The translations under genes and the position numbers were made by a program. The notes below the pieces were generated by a model, which saw nothing but the letters and a program-made list of their open reading frames with translations, was not told the DNA's origin and did not search any database. A stretch of DNA of 48,461 nucleotides from an uncultured archaeon (GTDB taxonomy: Archaea; Thermoproteota; Bathyarchaeia; Bathyarchaeales; DTEX01), in NCBI GenBank assembly GCA_938091805.1, contig CALKGV010000081.1, positions 1 to 48,461 of the forward strand. Reading direction: 5' to 3'. Below are positions 37,983 through 48,321 of this stretch, piece by piece (position 1 is the first letter of the stretch; every line of letters begins with the position of its first letter).

Positions 37983-39038
37983 TCATAGCGACCAATAGCG
38001 CGATTGAATCCTCTTAACAATTTCAACCACTTTTTCCGCTTCTTTTTGAGATTTTAGGTTTATAGGTGGACGTCGATCCTTCACCTTAAAATATGCACCG
38101 GCCATTTTAGCTATGCATGCCGGAACAATTTTTTTAAGGAAACCAAGATTATATCCACCCTCAAGAATCGCAGCTAATCTGCCATCGCATATTTTGTGAG
38201 CTAAATCTAACAAGATATGAAATATTTTCGGATATAAGTATGCAGATAACGAAAGATATGCAACAGGGTCCCTGTAGTAGCCGTCGAAGCCGGCTGAAAT
38301 CAGCATAAATTGCGGTTTATACTGGCTAATTACGGGCAGAACAATAGTTTTTAGAGCCATTAAATATGCTGCGTCTCCGGTCCTGTATGGAAGGGGAATG
38401 TTAACTGTGTACCCTAGCCCTTCATCAACGCCCACTTCACCTATAAATCCTGTTCTCGGAAATTCGGTCGGATCCTCATGAATACTTATAAATAGCACAT
38501 TATTTGTGTCGTAGAAGATCTCCTGAGTTCCATTTCCATGATGGGCATCAATATCAAAGATTAAAACTCTCTTTAAACCCATCTTCTCGTTAAGGTATTT
38601 GGCAGCCAGGGCAACGTTATTGAATATGCAGAATCCAAGCGAAAAGTTTGGTCCAGCATGATGCCCCGGAGGCCTAACAATGGCGAAGGCATTGTCAAAT
38701 TTTTTGTCCATGACTTTCTGAACTGCCCTTATCGCTCCGCCAGCTGCTAACATTGCAACATTAAAGCTTTCTTTGGAAACGGGAGTTTCATCGTCAATTA
38801 GGCCCCCTCCAGAATCGCAGATGAATCTTATTTTCCCTACATATTCTGGAATGTGGATTAACAGCAGGTCCTCTAGGCTTATAGATCTCGGTTCAATAAG
38901 CATGCATTCTTTATCCCTGAGCAATCCGCTTCTCTCAATTCCCATAATTATTGCAGTTAGGCGCTGAGGGTTCTCCGGATGCCCCTTTCCAGTTTTATGC
39001 TCAAGATATTTATGTGAGTATATTACCGCCGTCCTCAT
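37983..39038 (-). CDS. Histone deacetylase / acetylpolyamine amidohydrolase family protein
   Basis: HPENPQRL, RPPGHHA, GFCIFNNVA, DIDAHHGNGTQ, SAGFD, LEGGY. Confidence 0.95.
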   Translation of the reverse strand: MRTAVIYSHKYLEHKTGKGHPENPQRLTAIIMGIERSGLLRDKECMLIEPRSISLEDLLLIHIPEYVGKIRFICDSGGGLIDDETPVSKESFNVAMLAAGGAIRAVQKVMDKKFDNAFAIVRPPGHHAGPNFSLGFCIFNNVALAAKYLNEKMGLKRVLIFDIDAHHGNGTQEIFYDTNNVLFISIHEDPTEFPRTGFIGEVGVDEGLGYTVNIPLPYRTGDAAYLMALKTIVLPVISQYKPQFMLISAGFDGYYRDPVAYLSLSAYLYPKIFHILLDLAHKICDGRLAAILEGGYNLGFLKKIVPACIAKMAGAYFKVKDRRPPINLKSQKEAEKVVEIVKRIQSRYWSL

Positions 39039-40498
39039 CTGATCTGCTTCACCCCCTCAAACAATTGGTTAATAAGTCCCCGCGTGTCCAACCCCATTCT
39101 TTTACCCAATTTTCTAAGCGCTTTACTGACGCCGGTCCCATACTGGATGGCCTTCTTAGGTCTGAGGCATGCTTCAGGCGGCAGACCAATATTCTCAGCA
39201 AGCTTCCTAAGTATCCTCTTTCTTAAAGTATCGTTTTCCGATTCAATTTTTAATGTGGCAGGCAGGCTTAATACAAAAGACATAAGATCATAGTCTGCAT
39301 AGGGAAATCTTACTTCAACATTATGGAAGGAGCATAATTTCTCATCTTGCTCCAAACTGGTTTCACATAGGCTAAGCGCATCACGATGAAGGAGACCCTC
39401 AATTTTTCCTTCAAGTTTTCCGTAATCCCTAAGATATTTATGGTAACCGGCGAATATTTCGTCGCTCCCCTGACCGGACAGCAGGATTCTGTAACCCATT
39501 TTTGAGGATACTTCAGCAGTCCAGAATATTGGTATGCCTATAGAAGCCCTCAGCGCATCGGCGCTTTCAATTAACCATAAGACCTTGCGTAAATCTCTTT
39601 CAACGCGATCTAGAGAATACGCTTCAGCCCTGAAGGGCAAACCGATACTTTCAGCCATCTTTTCAGCATATTCTAGTTCCTTCGAGCCCTCTAACCCCAC
39701 GCATATTAAAAGCGCTTCTACCTTGATCTTCTTCGCCAAAGCGGCGATTATGCTGCTGTCCAGCCCGCCTGAAAACGCTATGGAAACCTCTTTCACGTCA
39801 GCGGTTCTCATCCTTACTGAGTTCAAAAGTAAATCATGCAGCCTTTTGATAACATCCTTCTCTTCCAAGGACCCTGCTATTCTTCTTTCTATGGTTTTAA
39901 CTGGAACTAACCTCACATCTCCGCCGCAAATCTTGGCTAAATTGCCTGGTGGAAAAGATTTTATGCAGTCCTCTTCAATTCCGATTGACCATAATGCCTT
40001 CCGTTCTGAAGCTAACGCATAAACATGTTCGTCCTCGCCGAAGTATAACGGGACGGGGCCAACCGGATCCCGTCCAACGATTAATTTTCCGCCTTTCTTA
40101 AGGATAATAAAGATGAAAGAGCCGTTCAGCATATTGATTAAATTTCTGGCTGCTTTCCAAGAATCGCCTCCAGATTTCTCTATTAAATCCGACACTTTAC
40201 TTTTCTCACTAGGAGTGAAAGTTCTTCCCTCAAAGAGGACCTTAAGGTCGCTAATTTCCATAAGTTGAGGGGCATCACCTGGAAGTATCTGCTTAAAATT
40301 GCAGCCCAGAACCACATTTGATTTCATGCCTGCAGAGTTTATCTCCATCTCTTCAAGAGATTTCGTAATAATAATTTTTTCACCATCAGATAACCCATAA
40401 GCCTCCGCGCCCCTATGCCTAAGGACGTTGAGCATTTTAACGGCTTTCGAAACAACATTTTCGTCTCGCTTAGATAATATGGCAATTGCAGCGCCCAT
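39035..40498 (-). CDS. Asparagine-synthetase-B-like ATP-dependent amide ligase lacking the N-terminal Cys
   Basis: LRHRG, RDPVG..PLYF, ASERKAL, FSGGLDSS, SGQGSDEIFAGY, KKAIQYGTG. N-terminus is MGAAIAIL rather than MCGI. Confidence 0.85.
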   Translation of the reverse strand: MGAAIAILSKRDENVVSKAVKMLNVLRHRGAEAYGLSDGEKIIITKSLEEMEINSAGMKSNVVLGCNFKQILPGDAPQLMEISDLKVLFEGRTFTPSEKSKVSDLIEKSGGDSWKAARNLINMLNGSFIFIILKKGGKLIVGRDPVGPVPLYFGEDEHVYALASERKALWSIGIEEDCIKSFPPGNLAKICGGDVRLVPVKTIERRIAGSLEEKDVIKRLHDLLLNSVRMRTADVKEVSIAFSGGLDSSIIAALAKKIKVEALLICVGLEGSKELEYAEKMAESIGLPFRAEAYSLDRVERDLRKVLWLIESADALRASIGIPIFWTAEVSSKMGYRILLSGQGSDEIFAGYHKYLRDYGKLEGKIEGLLHRDALSLCETSLEQDEKLCSFHNVEVRFPYADYDLMSFVLSLPATLKIESENDTLRKRILRKLAENIGLPPEACLRPKKAIQYGTGVSKALRKLGKRMGLDTRGLINQLFEGVKQIR

Positions 40499-40612
40499 GA
40501 TTTGACCATGCCCCACATCATAAATTACCCATCCATCAGATTAATATTCTTGAACCTAAATTCTATGATTAGGTGCAATCCGCCCGGGACATGGTTTGCT
40601 GGAGGTGAACCC

Positions 40613-41983
40613 TTGCCAATTCTACCCATAGACACAGGGCGTTATGGAACCCCCGAAATGCTGGCGATCTTTGAGGAGGAGAATTACGTTCAGAAGATGC
40701 TTGATGTGGAGGCAGCTCTCGCTTGGGCCCAAAGCGAGGTTGGCGAAATACCGAGGGAGGACGCTGAAAGAATAATGCAAATGGCCACAATTAAACATGT
40801 CAAAATCAGCCGCGTGAAGGAGATTGAAAGGAAGATAAAGCATGATGTTATGGCGCTTGTCAAGGCGCTTGCTGAAGTTTGCGGATTAAGCGGCGCATAT
40901 GTGCATTTAGGCGCAACAAGCTACGATATTGTAGACACCGCTAAGGCTCTGCAGATTAAAGATGCTTTAGATATAATCGCCCGCCGACTGGATGATCTGG
41001 AACTTATACTGCTCAAGTTGGCTGACCGCTACAAAAATACAATAATGATGGGGAGAACCCACGGTCAGCACGCTCTGCCCATAACTTTTGGATTGAAGAT
41101 GGCGGTTTGGATGCGGGAAGTCTCAAGGCATATCCAAAGACTTAGAGAATGTAGAAAACGCATTTTGGTGGGCAAAATGAGCGGAGCGGTTGGTACACAA
41201 GCCGGTTTAGGACCAAACGCCATAAAGATTCAAAATCTCGTAATGGAAAGGCTAGGGTTACAAGCGCCCGAAGTTTCAACCCAGATAGTTCAACGGGACA
41301 GGCATGCGGAGCTCATATGCTTGTTGGCCATTATAGCGTCTTCACTTGATAAATTTGCAACCGAGATAAGGGAGCTGCAAAGGACTGAGATAGCTGAGGT
41401 TTTCGAACCGTTTGAAAAGCAGATGCAGGTTGGAAGCTCAACAATGCCTCACAAGCGTAACCCGGAAATATGCGAGAGAGTATGCGGATTAGCTAAGGTC
41501 TTGAGGGGACTCGTTGTATCAGCATTGGAGAATGTACCTACGTGGCATGAGAGAGACTTAACTCAATCATCCTCAGAAAGGTTCATTATACCGGAAGCTT
41601 GCATCCTAGTCGACTATATGTTAAGTTTAATGATTCACGTTCTCTCAAACCTGGAAGTCGACGAGGAAAGAATGAGAAAGAACATTGATATAACCGCTGG
41701 TAGAGCCATGTCTGAGGCTGTTATGCTAGCCCTAGTGAGAAAGGGTATAAGTAGGCAGGATGCTCATGAAATTCTACGTCGGCTAACAATAAAAAGCATT
41801 TCTGAAAATAAACCCTTCAGAGATATTCTGCTAGAGGATGAAGCCATCAAGAAAATTCTAGCTGAAAATGAGATTGATGAGGCTTTGAAACCAGAAAATT
41901 ATTTAGGTACAGCAGTTAAGCAGGTTGAGATGGCAATAGATGAGACTATTAAGGAGAGGCTTCAAAGAGGCTTGCAAAATTGA
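40613..41983 (+). CDS. purB: Adenylosuccinate lyase
   Basis: SD GGAGGTGA plus TTG. HLGATSYD, GRTHGQHA, GSSTMPHKRNP, HERDLT. Confidence 0.96.
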   Translation: MPILPIDTGRYGTPEMLAIFEEENYVQKMLDVEAALAWAQSEVGEIPREDAERIMQMATIKHVKISRVKEIERKIKHDVMALVKALAEVCGLSGAYVHLGATSYDIVDTAKALQIKDALDIIARRLDDLELILLKLADRYKNTIMMGRTHGQHALPITFGLKMAVWMREVSRHIQRLRECRKRILVGKMSGAVGTQAGLGPNAIKIQNLVMERLGLQAPEVSTQIVQRDRHAELICLLAIIASSLDKFATEIRELQRTEIAEVFEPFEKQMQVGSSTMPHKRNPEICERVCGLAKVLRGLVVSALENVPTWHERDLTQSSSERFIIPEACILVDYMLSLMIHVLSNLEVDEERMRKNIDITAGRAMSEAVMLALVRKGISRQDAHEILRRLTIKSISENKPFRDILLEDEAIKKILAENEIDEALKPENYLGTAVKQVEMAIDETIKERLQRGLQN

Positions 41984-42687
41984 TTGAAACATATGTTGGC
42001 ACATCTGGCTGGATGTACAGCTGGAATAAGGGCGGAAGCCTAGATTGGTACATTAATTATTCCGGTCTAAATGCTGTGGAGTTAAATGCAAGCTTTTATA
42101 GGTTTCCTTTTCAAAACGCTATCAAATCATGGAAAACTAAAGGTGGCGGACTCAGATGGTCTATTAAAGTTAACCGGCTGATAACTCACACCTTCAAGTT
42201 TAATGAAAGGGCGTTTAGAGCATGGATGAGGTTTAAGGAATTGTTTGAACCTATGGATCATTTAATTGACTTCTACCTATTTCAGCTCCCGCCATCAATA
42301 AGCATATCCAGCCAGCCTAAAATAGAGGCCTTTGTGGAGAAAACAGGTTTAAGAGAAAGATTTGCCCTTGAACCGAGAAACATGACCTGGTTTAATGATG
42401 GTATCGTTAAATGGGCTTCCAACCTCGGCATAACCATAGTAAGTGTTGACTGCCCGGATTTGCCGCAAACCATCTTCAACTTAAACGGCATAATTTATGA
42501 ACGCATGCATGGCAGAACAATGTGGTATGGACATTACTACTCAACTGATGAGCTAAAGGACGTTGCTGAGAGAATTGTTAAGATGGAAGCGCATAAAGTC
42601 TATGTTTTCTTTAATAATAATCATGCGATGCTTGAAAATTCCAGAGAAATGCTGGACATATTAAGGCGCCTAAGTAAGGGCCCTTAG
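41980..42687 (+). CDS. DUF72 (UPF0759) protein
   Basis: YVGTSGW.Y, VELNASFYR, LFQLPPS, Y.RMHG, YVFFNN. Confidence 0.92.
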   Translation: MIETYVGTSGWMYSWNKGGSLDWYINYSGLNAVELNASFYRFPFQNAIKSWKTKGGGLRWSIKVNRLITHTFKFNERAFRAWMRFKELFEPMDHLIDFYLFQLPPSISISSQPKIEAFVEKTGLRERFALEPRNMTWFNDGIVKWASNLGITIVSVDCPDLPQTIFNLNGIIYERMHGRTMWYGHYYSTDELKDVAERIVKMEAHKVYVFFNNNHAMLENSREMLDILRRLSKGP

Positions 42688-42689
42688 AA

Positions 42690-43976
42690 TTAGAGAATTC
42701 TTGCCTCTAAGTAGTTTTTTCGGGTTTCAACGATTTTAACCTTAATGATCCTTCCTAAGAGGTTATTTTCGCTTTTCACAACAATAGGCTTATAAGCGAA
42801 GTTTCTTCCAATCCATGAGTTGCCGCGGCCCTTCTCGTCTATTAGGATTTCTCCCTCCCAACCTAACCATCTAGCGTTTCTTTCAAATAAGATTTTGTTG
42901 GTAATCTCAGTTAACATTCGGCTTCTAAACACTATTTTTTTAGCGTCTACTTGCTTCATGCGTTCAGCCGGCGTGTTTGGCCTTGGGAAGAATTTAGATA
43001 TATTAACTATGTCCGGTTTAATCTCCTCAATAAGTCTCAGCGTTCTTTCAAATGCTTCCTTGCCCTCACTTGGGAAGCCGCAGATAACATCTGTGGCAAT
43101 AGTTACGTCCGGTATTTCTCTCCTGAAGGAATAGACAATGCTTTTAAACTCCTCAACAGTATACCTCCGATTCATCATTTTTAAAACATCGTTGTCCCCG
43201 CTTTGAACTGGTAAATGCAGAAACTTGAAAATCCGCCTATCTTTATAGGCGGATATCAGATCCGGAAGAATTTTTAATGTGTGATCTGGGTTCATCATAC
43301 CAACCCTTATAAAAAAGTTTCCCTCAATACTACAGCACTCTTTAAGCAAGGCTGCCAAGTTAGTTCCTATATCAAAACCATAGGCTCCATTATCCTGCGA
43401 TGTTAACCAAATCTCCTTAATGCCCTCTGAAATCGCCCTCTGCAATCTATCAACTATTGAATTGACCGGATATGAAAACAGTGAACCTCTAGCGAACCTA
43501 ACGCAGCAGAATGCACACGCACCGAGACAGCCTTCTGAGATGGGTATTATCTCAATAACTGGGCTAAGCCTGATGTGGGGTTCCTCAACCTTAACGGGTG
43601 GTTTCTCAGAGAAAAAGATTTTATTTCTCTCGCCTCTTTCAGCAGATCTTAATGCCAAAACAATCTTATTAATACTATGCGGGTCTAAAACGGCGGAGAA
43701 ATTTGGGGCAACTTTAATTATTAATTTAAGGTTTATTTTCGGAAGACAGCCGGTGATAATAAGCGGCTTGTTTAAAGCGCTTAATAGACGTAATCTCTCT
43801 AGCATGCGATCTTCAGTTGGCTTCTTGACCCCACATGTATTCACTAAAATAAAGTCGGCATCTTCAGGATTACTGGATATTTTATAACTAGAATTGCTTA
43901 TGTATGCAAGCATTATTTCGAGATCCGCCTTATTTGCCGCACAACCATAACTCTCCAAATAAACGCTTTTTTCCAT
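42690..43976 (-). CDS. mtaB: tRNA methylthiotransferase (archaeal MtaB/CDKAL1-like radical SAM, TRAM domain)
   Basis: ESYGCAAN, NTCGVK, GCLP, CLGACAFC, SQDNGAYG, RVGMMNP, HLPVQSG, C-terminal TRAM. Start uncertain (43976-44021). Confidence 0.88.
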   Translation of the reverse strand: MEKSVYLESYGCAANKADLEIMLAYISNSSYKISSNPEDADFILVNTCGVKKPTEDRMLERLRLLSALNKPLIITGCLPKINLKLIIKVAPNFSAVLDPHSINKIVLALRSAERGERNKIFFSEKPPVKVEEPHIRLSPVIEIIPISEGCLGACAFCCVRFARGSLFSYPVNSIVDRLQRAISEGIKEIWLTSQDNGAYGFDIGTNLAALLKECCSIEGNFFIRVGMMNPDHTLKILPDLISAYKDRRIFKFLHLPVQSGDNDVLKMMNRRYTVEEFKSIVYSFRREIPDVTIATDVICGFPSEGKEAFERTLRLIEEIKPDIVNISKFFPRPNTPAERMKQVDAKKIVFRSRMLTEITNKILFERNARWLGWEGEILIDEKGRGNSWIGRNFAYKPIVVKSENNLLGRIIKVKIVETRKNYLEARIL

Positions 43977-44284
43977 GTTACCGCCCATGGAGGCTACAGA
44001 TTCAACGCCTAAGTTCTCCATAATCTTTAACATCCCTTTGTAACTCAACAAAAACATCGAAATCACTTATATAAGCTTAAACTCGACCATGTAATCCTTA
44101 AACTAAAATTTCAAATACTATGATAAGATATTTGAGGAAAATACTCATAACCTTTAGTAAGCGATCAACAACCCTATCCGATAGACTTATAAGTAAATGG
44201 CATAAACATGTTTAAATCATATTTTTATATTAATATGCAGCAATTTATTGAATTTACTCACTCATTTTCTTCAAGGTGATCGGA

Positions 44285-44452
44285 TTGAAGCTCATTACAA
44301 TATATCTTCCAGAACCGTATCTAGAAGCTTTAGATGAGTTGGTGAATAAGCGATATTATCCTCACAGAGCTGAGGCTATAAGGGCGGCAATTCGAGATCT
44401 AATTGAAATTGAATTATGGGGACGGAAGCAACATGGCAAAGCTAGCAGATAA
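44285..44452 (+). CDS. cdrS: Ribbon-helix-helix cell-division regulator CdrS-like (55 aa, absent from the ORF track)
   Basis: SD AGGTGAT plus [43 protein letters not shown]. Overlaps the ftsZ start. Confidence 0.85.
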   Translation: MKLITIYLPEPYLEALDELVNKRYYPHRAEAIRAAIRDLIEIELWGRKQHGKASR

Positions 44453-45548
44453 AGCATTACAGTATATGTGGAATGAGAACTTGCAGGGCGGTCTGCGGGA
44501 GCCAGGGTACTGTCGCATAACCGTTGTTGGTGTTGGCGGTGCAGGAAATAACACTGTAAATAGATTGATGGAGTCAGGCATAATTGGCGCGGAATGCATT
44601 GCAATTAATACAGACCTACAGCATTTAAATGCTACGCATGCTCATCAAAAAATCCTGATAGGTGAGAAGCTTACACGGGGACTTGGCTCAGGCGGGGATC
44701 CAAATATCGGCAGGGCTGCAATTGAAGAGTCAATAGAAAATGTGGAAAAAGTTCTAACTGATGTTGATGTAGTATTTGTGACAGCTGGAATGGGTGGTGG
44801 AACAGGGACAGGTGCGGCGCCAGTTGTGGCTAGACTTGCCCGCGAGAAGGGAGCAATAGTTGTAGGTGTAGTTACGATGCCTTTCAAGATAGAGAGGGGA
44901 AGAATAACTTACGCCCTCAAAGGATTAACTGAGATGCGAAGAGAATGTGACACCGTCATAGTAATAGATAACAATAAGTTAATGTGGCTTGTACCACACC
45001 TCCCAATAAATGAAGCGTTCAAAGTTGGGGATCAAGTTTTAGCTAATATGATAAAGGGGATCACTGAAGTCATATCTATGCCAAGCCTAATAAACCTAGA
45101 CTTCGCTGATTTCAGGACAATAATGAGGCGAGGCGGCGTCGCTATAGCAGGAGTGGGCGAGTCAAACGCACCCAATAGAGCTGAAGACGCTGTTCAGAAA
45201 GCCTTAAGGATGCCCCTGCTAGACATCGACTATAGCGGCGCAAATGGAGCCTTAATTCATGTTTCAAGCGATGAAAGCCTAACTATTGAGGAGGCAAATA
45301 GGGTTGGTGAGATCATAACTCAAATGATGAGCGAAGATGCCCTCGTCATCTGGGGTGCAAGGGTTGACCCAAGTCTGGCCGGGACCCTTAAGGTTACACT
45401 GGTTATGACCGGCGTTAAGTCGCCATATTTGCTGAGCGGCTTCGGGTCAAAGGCTGTTGAAGTATATGATTTAGATCCGGAAAAAACCTCGGAGAAACAG
45501 TTAAAATCTGATCTTAGCTTGCAGAAAATACCTATTTTGAGCGATTGA
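44433..45548 (+). CDS. ftsZ: Cell division protein FtsZ (FtsZ2-like)
   Basis: [24 protein letters not shown]7 loop [17 protein letters not shown]. Confidence 0.96.
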   Translation: MAKLADKALQYMWNENLQGGLREPGYCRITVVGVGGAGNNTVNRLMESGIIGAECIAINTDLQHLNATHAHQKILIGEKLTRGLGSGGDPNIGRAAIEESIENVEKVLTDVDVVFVTAGMGGGTGTGAAPVVARLAREKGAIVVGVVTMPFKIERGRITYALKGLTEMRRECDTVIVIDNNKLMWLVPHLPINEAFKVGDQVLANMIKGITEVISMPSLINLDFADFRTIMRRGGVAIAGVGESNAPNRAEDAVQKALRMPLLDIDYSGANGALIHVSSDESLTIEEANRVGEIITQMMSEDALVIWGARVDPSLAGTLKVTLVMTGVKSPYLLSGFGSKAVEVYDLDPEKTSEKQLKSDLSLQKIPILSD

Positions 45549-45551
45549 TCT

Positions 45552-46217
45552 CTAGCATATGCTAGATTTAGCAGATAAACTCCAAATCTTTTTTATTCTT
45601 AATATCAATGGGATTCCTTTACCAAAAGGCACGGTCAACCCCTTTCTTATCGCTTCAATAATATCATCAACGCTCGCTTCATCGTTTTCTATAATCGTAT
45701 AGGCTGAACCTAAAGTTTCAGGAATATGGGAGTCACTTCCAGCGGTCTGGGGTATGCGGTAGCGGACAGCAAATTTCTTGGACAAATATGTTAATGGAAG
45801 AAAAGGGAAAAGGGATGAGTTCACAACTTCTATTGCATCTAGACCCGAATCAATTATTTTTGGATTAAGCTTTACACCATCTTTAAAAAGTGCATAGGGA
45901 TGGGCAGCTATAGCTATCCCGCCAGCATCATGAATCCTTTCTATCGCTTCCTTAATGCTTAATCCCTTCGGTATGGGCGTTGTAATGTTTACGCCAAGTA
46001 AATGCCCGTGCTTCGTAGATGTTTCTATTCCAGGTATTATCAGAAGATCATTATCGCAGCTCTTAAGAATCTTTTCAGCTCCTTCAATGGTGTCATGATC
46101 GGTTATAGCCGCTCCATTCAGACCCCTCTTCCTCAGTTGATTAATTAGATCCGTTAGCGTTGTTAAGCCATCTTTAGAGTAGCAGGTATGAACATGCATG
46201 TCAATTTTTAATGGCAA
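45552..46217 (-). CDS. PHP-domain phosphoesterase
   Basis: DMHVHT..S.DG, ITDHD, PGIE, AHP, GSDSH. Confidence 0.92.
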   Translation of the reverse strand: MPLKIDMHVHTCYSKDGLTTLTDLINQLRKRGLNGAAITDHDTIEGAEKILKSCDNDLLIIPGIETSTKHGHLLGVNITTPIPKGLSIKEAIERIHDAGGIAIAAHPYALFKDGVKLNPKIIDSGLDAIEVVNSSLFPFLPLTYLSKKFAVRYRIPQTAGSDSHIPETLGSAYTIIENDEASVDDIIEAIRKGLTVPFGKGIPLILRIKKIWSLSAKSSIC

Positions 46218-46237
46218 CTTAATCCTTACCTTTTCAT

Positions 46238-48274
46238 CTAGCTTACTTTGCTTCCAGGGCTTATGGGTTTCTCTGGCTGTATAAAGACGACTTTTTCTCC
46301 ATCTTGCGCCGCCAGGATCATAACCTCAGATTCTATACCGAATATTCTTCTAGGTTTAAGGTTGGTCACAACCACGATATACCGTCCTTCAAGATCCTCA
46401 GTCCTATAGTATTTAGCTATTCCAGCCACAGCGGTCTTTAAATTGCCCCCGCCGACATCAATAGTTAATTTTAGAAGATTTTGCGACTTAGGCACGCTTT
46501 CAACCTTGACTATTTTACCTACACGCAAATCTAGCCTAGAGAAATCTTCCATCGATATCTTTTCCGAGCTGGACCTAACCTTTTCAAGATGCTCCTGCAG
46601 CTCATCCTCTGAAGCCTCGATTTTGCTGAATAGGGGCTCAGCATTCTTAATCTTATGGCCGGCTTGCAGCGACTTAACAGCATCGTCCCATGAGATTTTT
46701 TCAGGCAAATTCAGCAAATCACGGATCTTATTCGCAGTAAACGGAATGAAGGGCTCCAGCAAAATTGAGAGAGCCTTAACTATCTGGGCTGAAACATACA
46801 GCGTGTTTGCTGTTACCCTTAAATCTGCTTTAATTGTTTCCCAAGGCTTTTTCTCATTGAAATACCTGTTTCCAATGCGGCTTAATTCAATGGATTCGCG
46901 GAGCGCGAGCTGGAGCTGGAAATTACTTAGCGCATCGTTAACGGATTTAACCTTCTCCACAATTGCGTTTAGGACGCTTTTATCCAGATCATCTAGGTCC
47001 GTAGGCTTTGGAACTTCGCTATAGAAATAAGTGTTTATGAATTTTAATGTTCTATGGATAAAGTTCCCAAGCGTATCATTCAGGTCTGAATTTACCTTAT
47101 CAATAAAGATTTTCCATGTGAAGTCCGAATCCTTGGTTTCCGGGCGAATTGAGATTAATGTGTATCTCCAATAGTCAACCGGAAACATTTCAAGGGCTTC
47201 ATCTATCCACACGCCTATTCTGCGGCTTTTAGAAGACTTCTGCCCAGCGAATATTAGCCACTCGTTTGTGCAAACGTTCCATGGAAGATTATAATCCTCA
47301 TGAGTTGCCATTAGAAGCGCTGGGAATATTAAAGTGTGAAACGGTATATTGTCTTTACCAATGAAATATAGTGTCTTGGCATCTTTATTAAACCAATAAT
47401 CTTTCCATTTTTCACTATGGCCGTGCATTTTAAAGTATTCAATAGTTGCCGAAACATAACCTAAAACAGCATCGAACCAGACATAAATGGTTTTGTCCCC
47501 AGCATCCTTAAAGGGCGCCGGTATGCCCCACTTATTGTCCCTAGTTATAGGCCTAGGTTTCAAGCCCTCCTTCAGGAGGTTCAAGCTAAAGTTCCGCGCA
47601 TTGTCTGAAAGCTGCCTATTACCTTCTATATAAGCCAAGAGCTTACCCTCAAACTTAGGCATATCGAAATACCAATGCTTAACCGTTCTCATCGCTGGAG
47701 ATGCCCCGCAAATCGCACATTTAGGCTCCCCTAGCTTAGCGGGTTCCAAAAGGCGCCCACATTGCTCGCACTGATCGCCGCGAGCGCGCTCATATCCGCA
47801 GTAGGGGCATTTTCCCTCAACAAATCTATCAGGTAGAAAGCGCTGACATTTTGGGCAGAATGGCAGTTCATCTTCTCTCGTGAAAATATAGCCGTTCCGT
47901 TCTATTTTCAGCATCAAATTCCTTACGAATTCTTTATGAACTGGGCTTTCAGTCCTAGTATAATTATCGAATGATATGCCCCATTTCCTAAATAGCGTGG
48001 AAACAATTTCGTGATTTCTATCCGTGAGCTCTTTAGGCGATATATTCTGCCTTATTGCCTCGATTTCTATGGGTGTACCGTGCTCATCTGAGCCGCTTAC
48101 AAATATGACTTCGTTGCCTTTAAGCCTATAATAGCGGGCGATAACGTCCGCTGATAAAATTGGCAGCAAATTACCTAGATGAGGCACATGATTAATGTAT
48201 GGCCAAGCGGCCGTAACTAGGACTTTCCTGAGTTTAACGCACCTCCACAGCCAAAAAATAATCGTGAATCTCAT
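46238..48274 (-). CDS. metG: Methionyl-tRNA synthetase with C-terminal tRNA-binding domain
   Basis: PYINHVPHLGN, SGSDEHG, Zn knuckles, YVWFDA, GKDNIPFH, KSSKS, C-terminal LDLRVGKI..SEVMILAA. Start position uncertain. Confidence 0.96.
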   Translation of the reverse strand: MRFTIIFWLWRCVKLRKVLVTAAWPYINHVPHLGNLLPILSADVIARYYRLKGNEVIFVSGSDEHGTPIEIEAIRQNISPKELTDRNHEIVSTLFRKWGISFDNYTRTESPVHKEFVRNLMLKIERNGYIFTREDELPFCPKCQRFLPDRFVEGKCPYCGYERARGDQCEQCGRLLEPAKLGEPKCAICGASPAMRTVKHWYFDMPKFEGKLLAYIEGNRQLSDNARNFSLNLLKEGLKPRPITRDNKWGIPAPFKDAGDKTIYVWFDAVLGYVSATIEYFKMHGHSEKWKDYWFNKDAKTLYFIGKDNIPFHTLIFPALLMATHEDYNLPWNVCTNEWLIFAGQKSSKSRRIGVWIDEALEMFPVDYWRYTLISIRPETKDSDFTWKIFIDKVNSDLNDTLGNFIHRTLKFINTYFYSEVPKPTDLDDLDKSVLNAIVEKVKSVNDALSNFQLQLALRESIELSRIGNRYFNEKKPWETIKADLRVTANTLYVSAQIVKALSILLEPFIPFTANKIRDLLNLPEKISWDDAVKSLQAGHKIKNAEPLFSKIEASEDELQEHLEKVRSSSEKISMEDFSRLDLRVGKIVKVESVPKSQNLLKLTIDVGGGNLKTAVAGIAKYYRTEDLEGRYIVVVTNLKPRRIFGIESEVMILAAQDGEKVVFIQPEKPISPGSKVS

Positions 48275-48321
48275 ACTTAAATACAACGGAAAATTCTGGG
48301 AAGGTTAGCCTTTAATTTTCC

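Noticed and set aside
10685-47024. Numerous antisense or overlapping ORFs in the track (e.g. 12829-13263, 18527-19078, 25481-25948, 39534-40022, 46443-47024)
   Set aside because: Shadow frames of well-supported genes.
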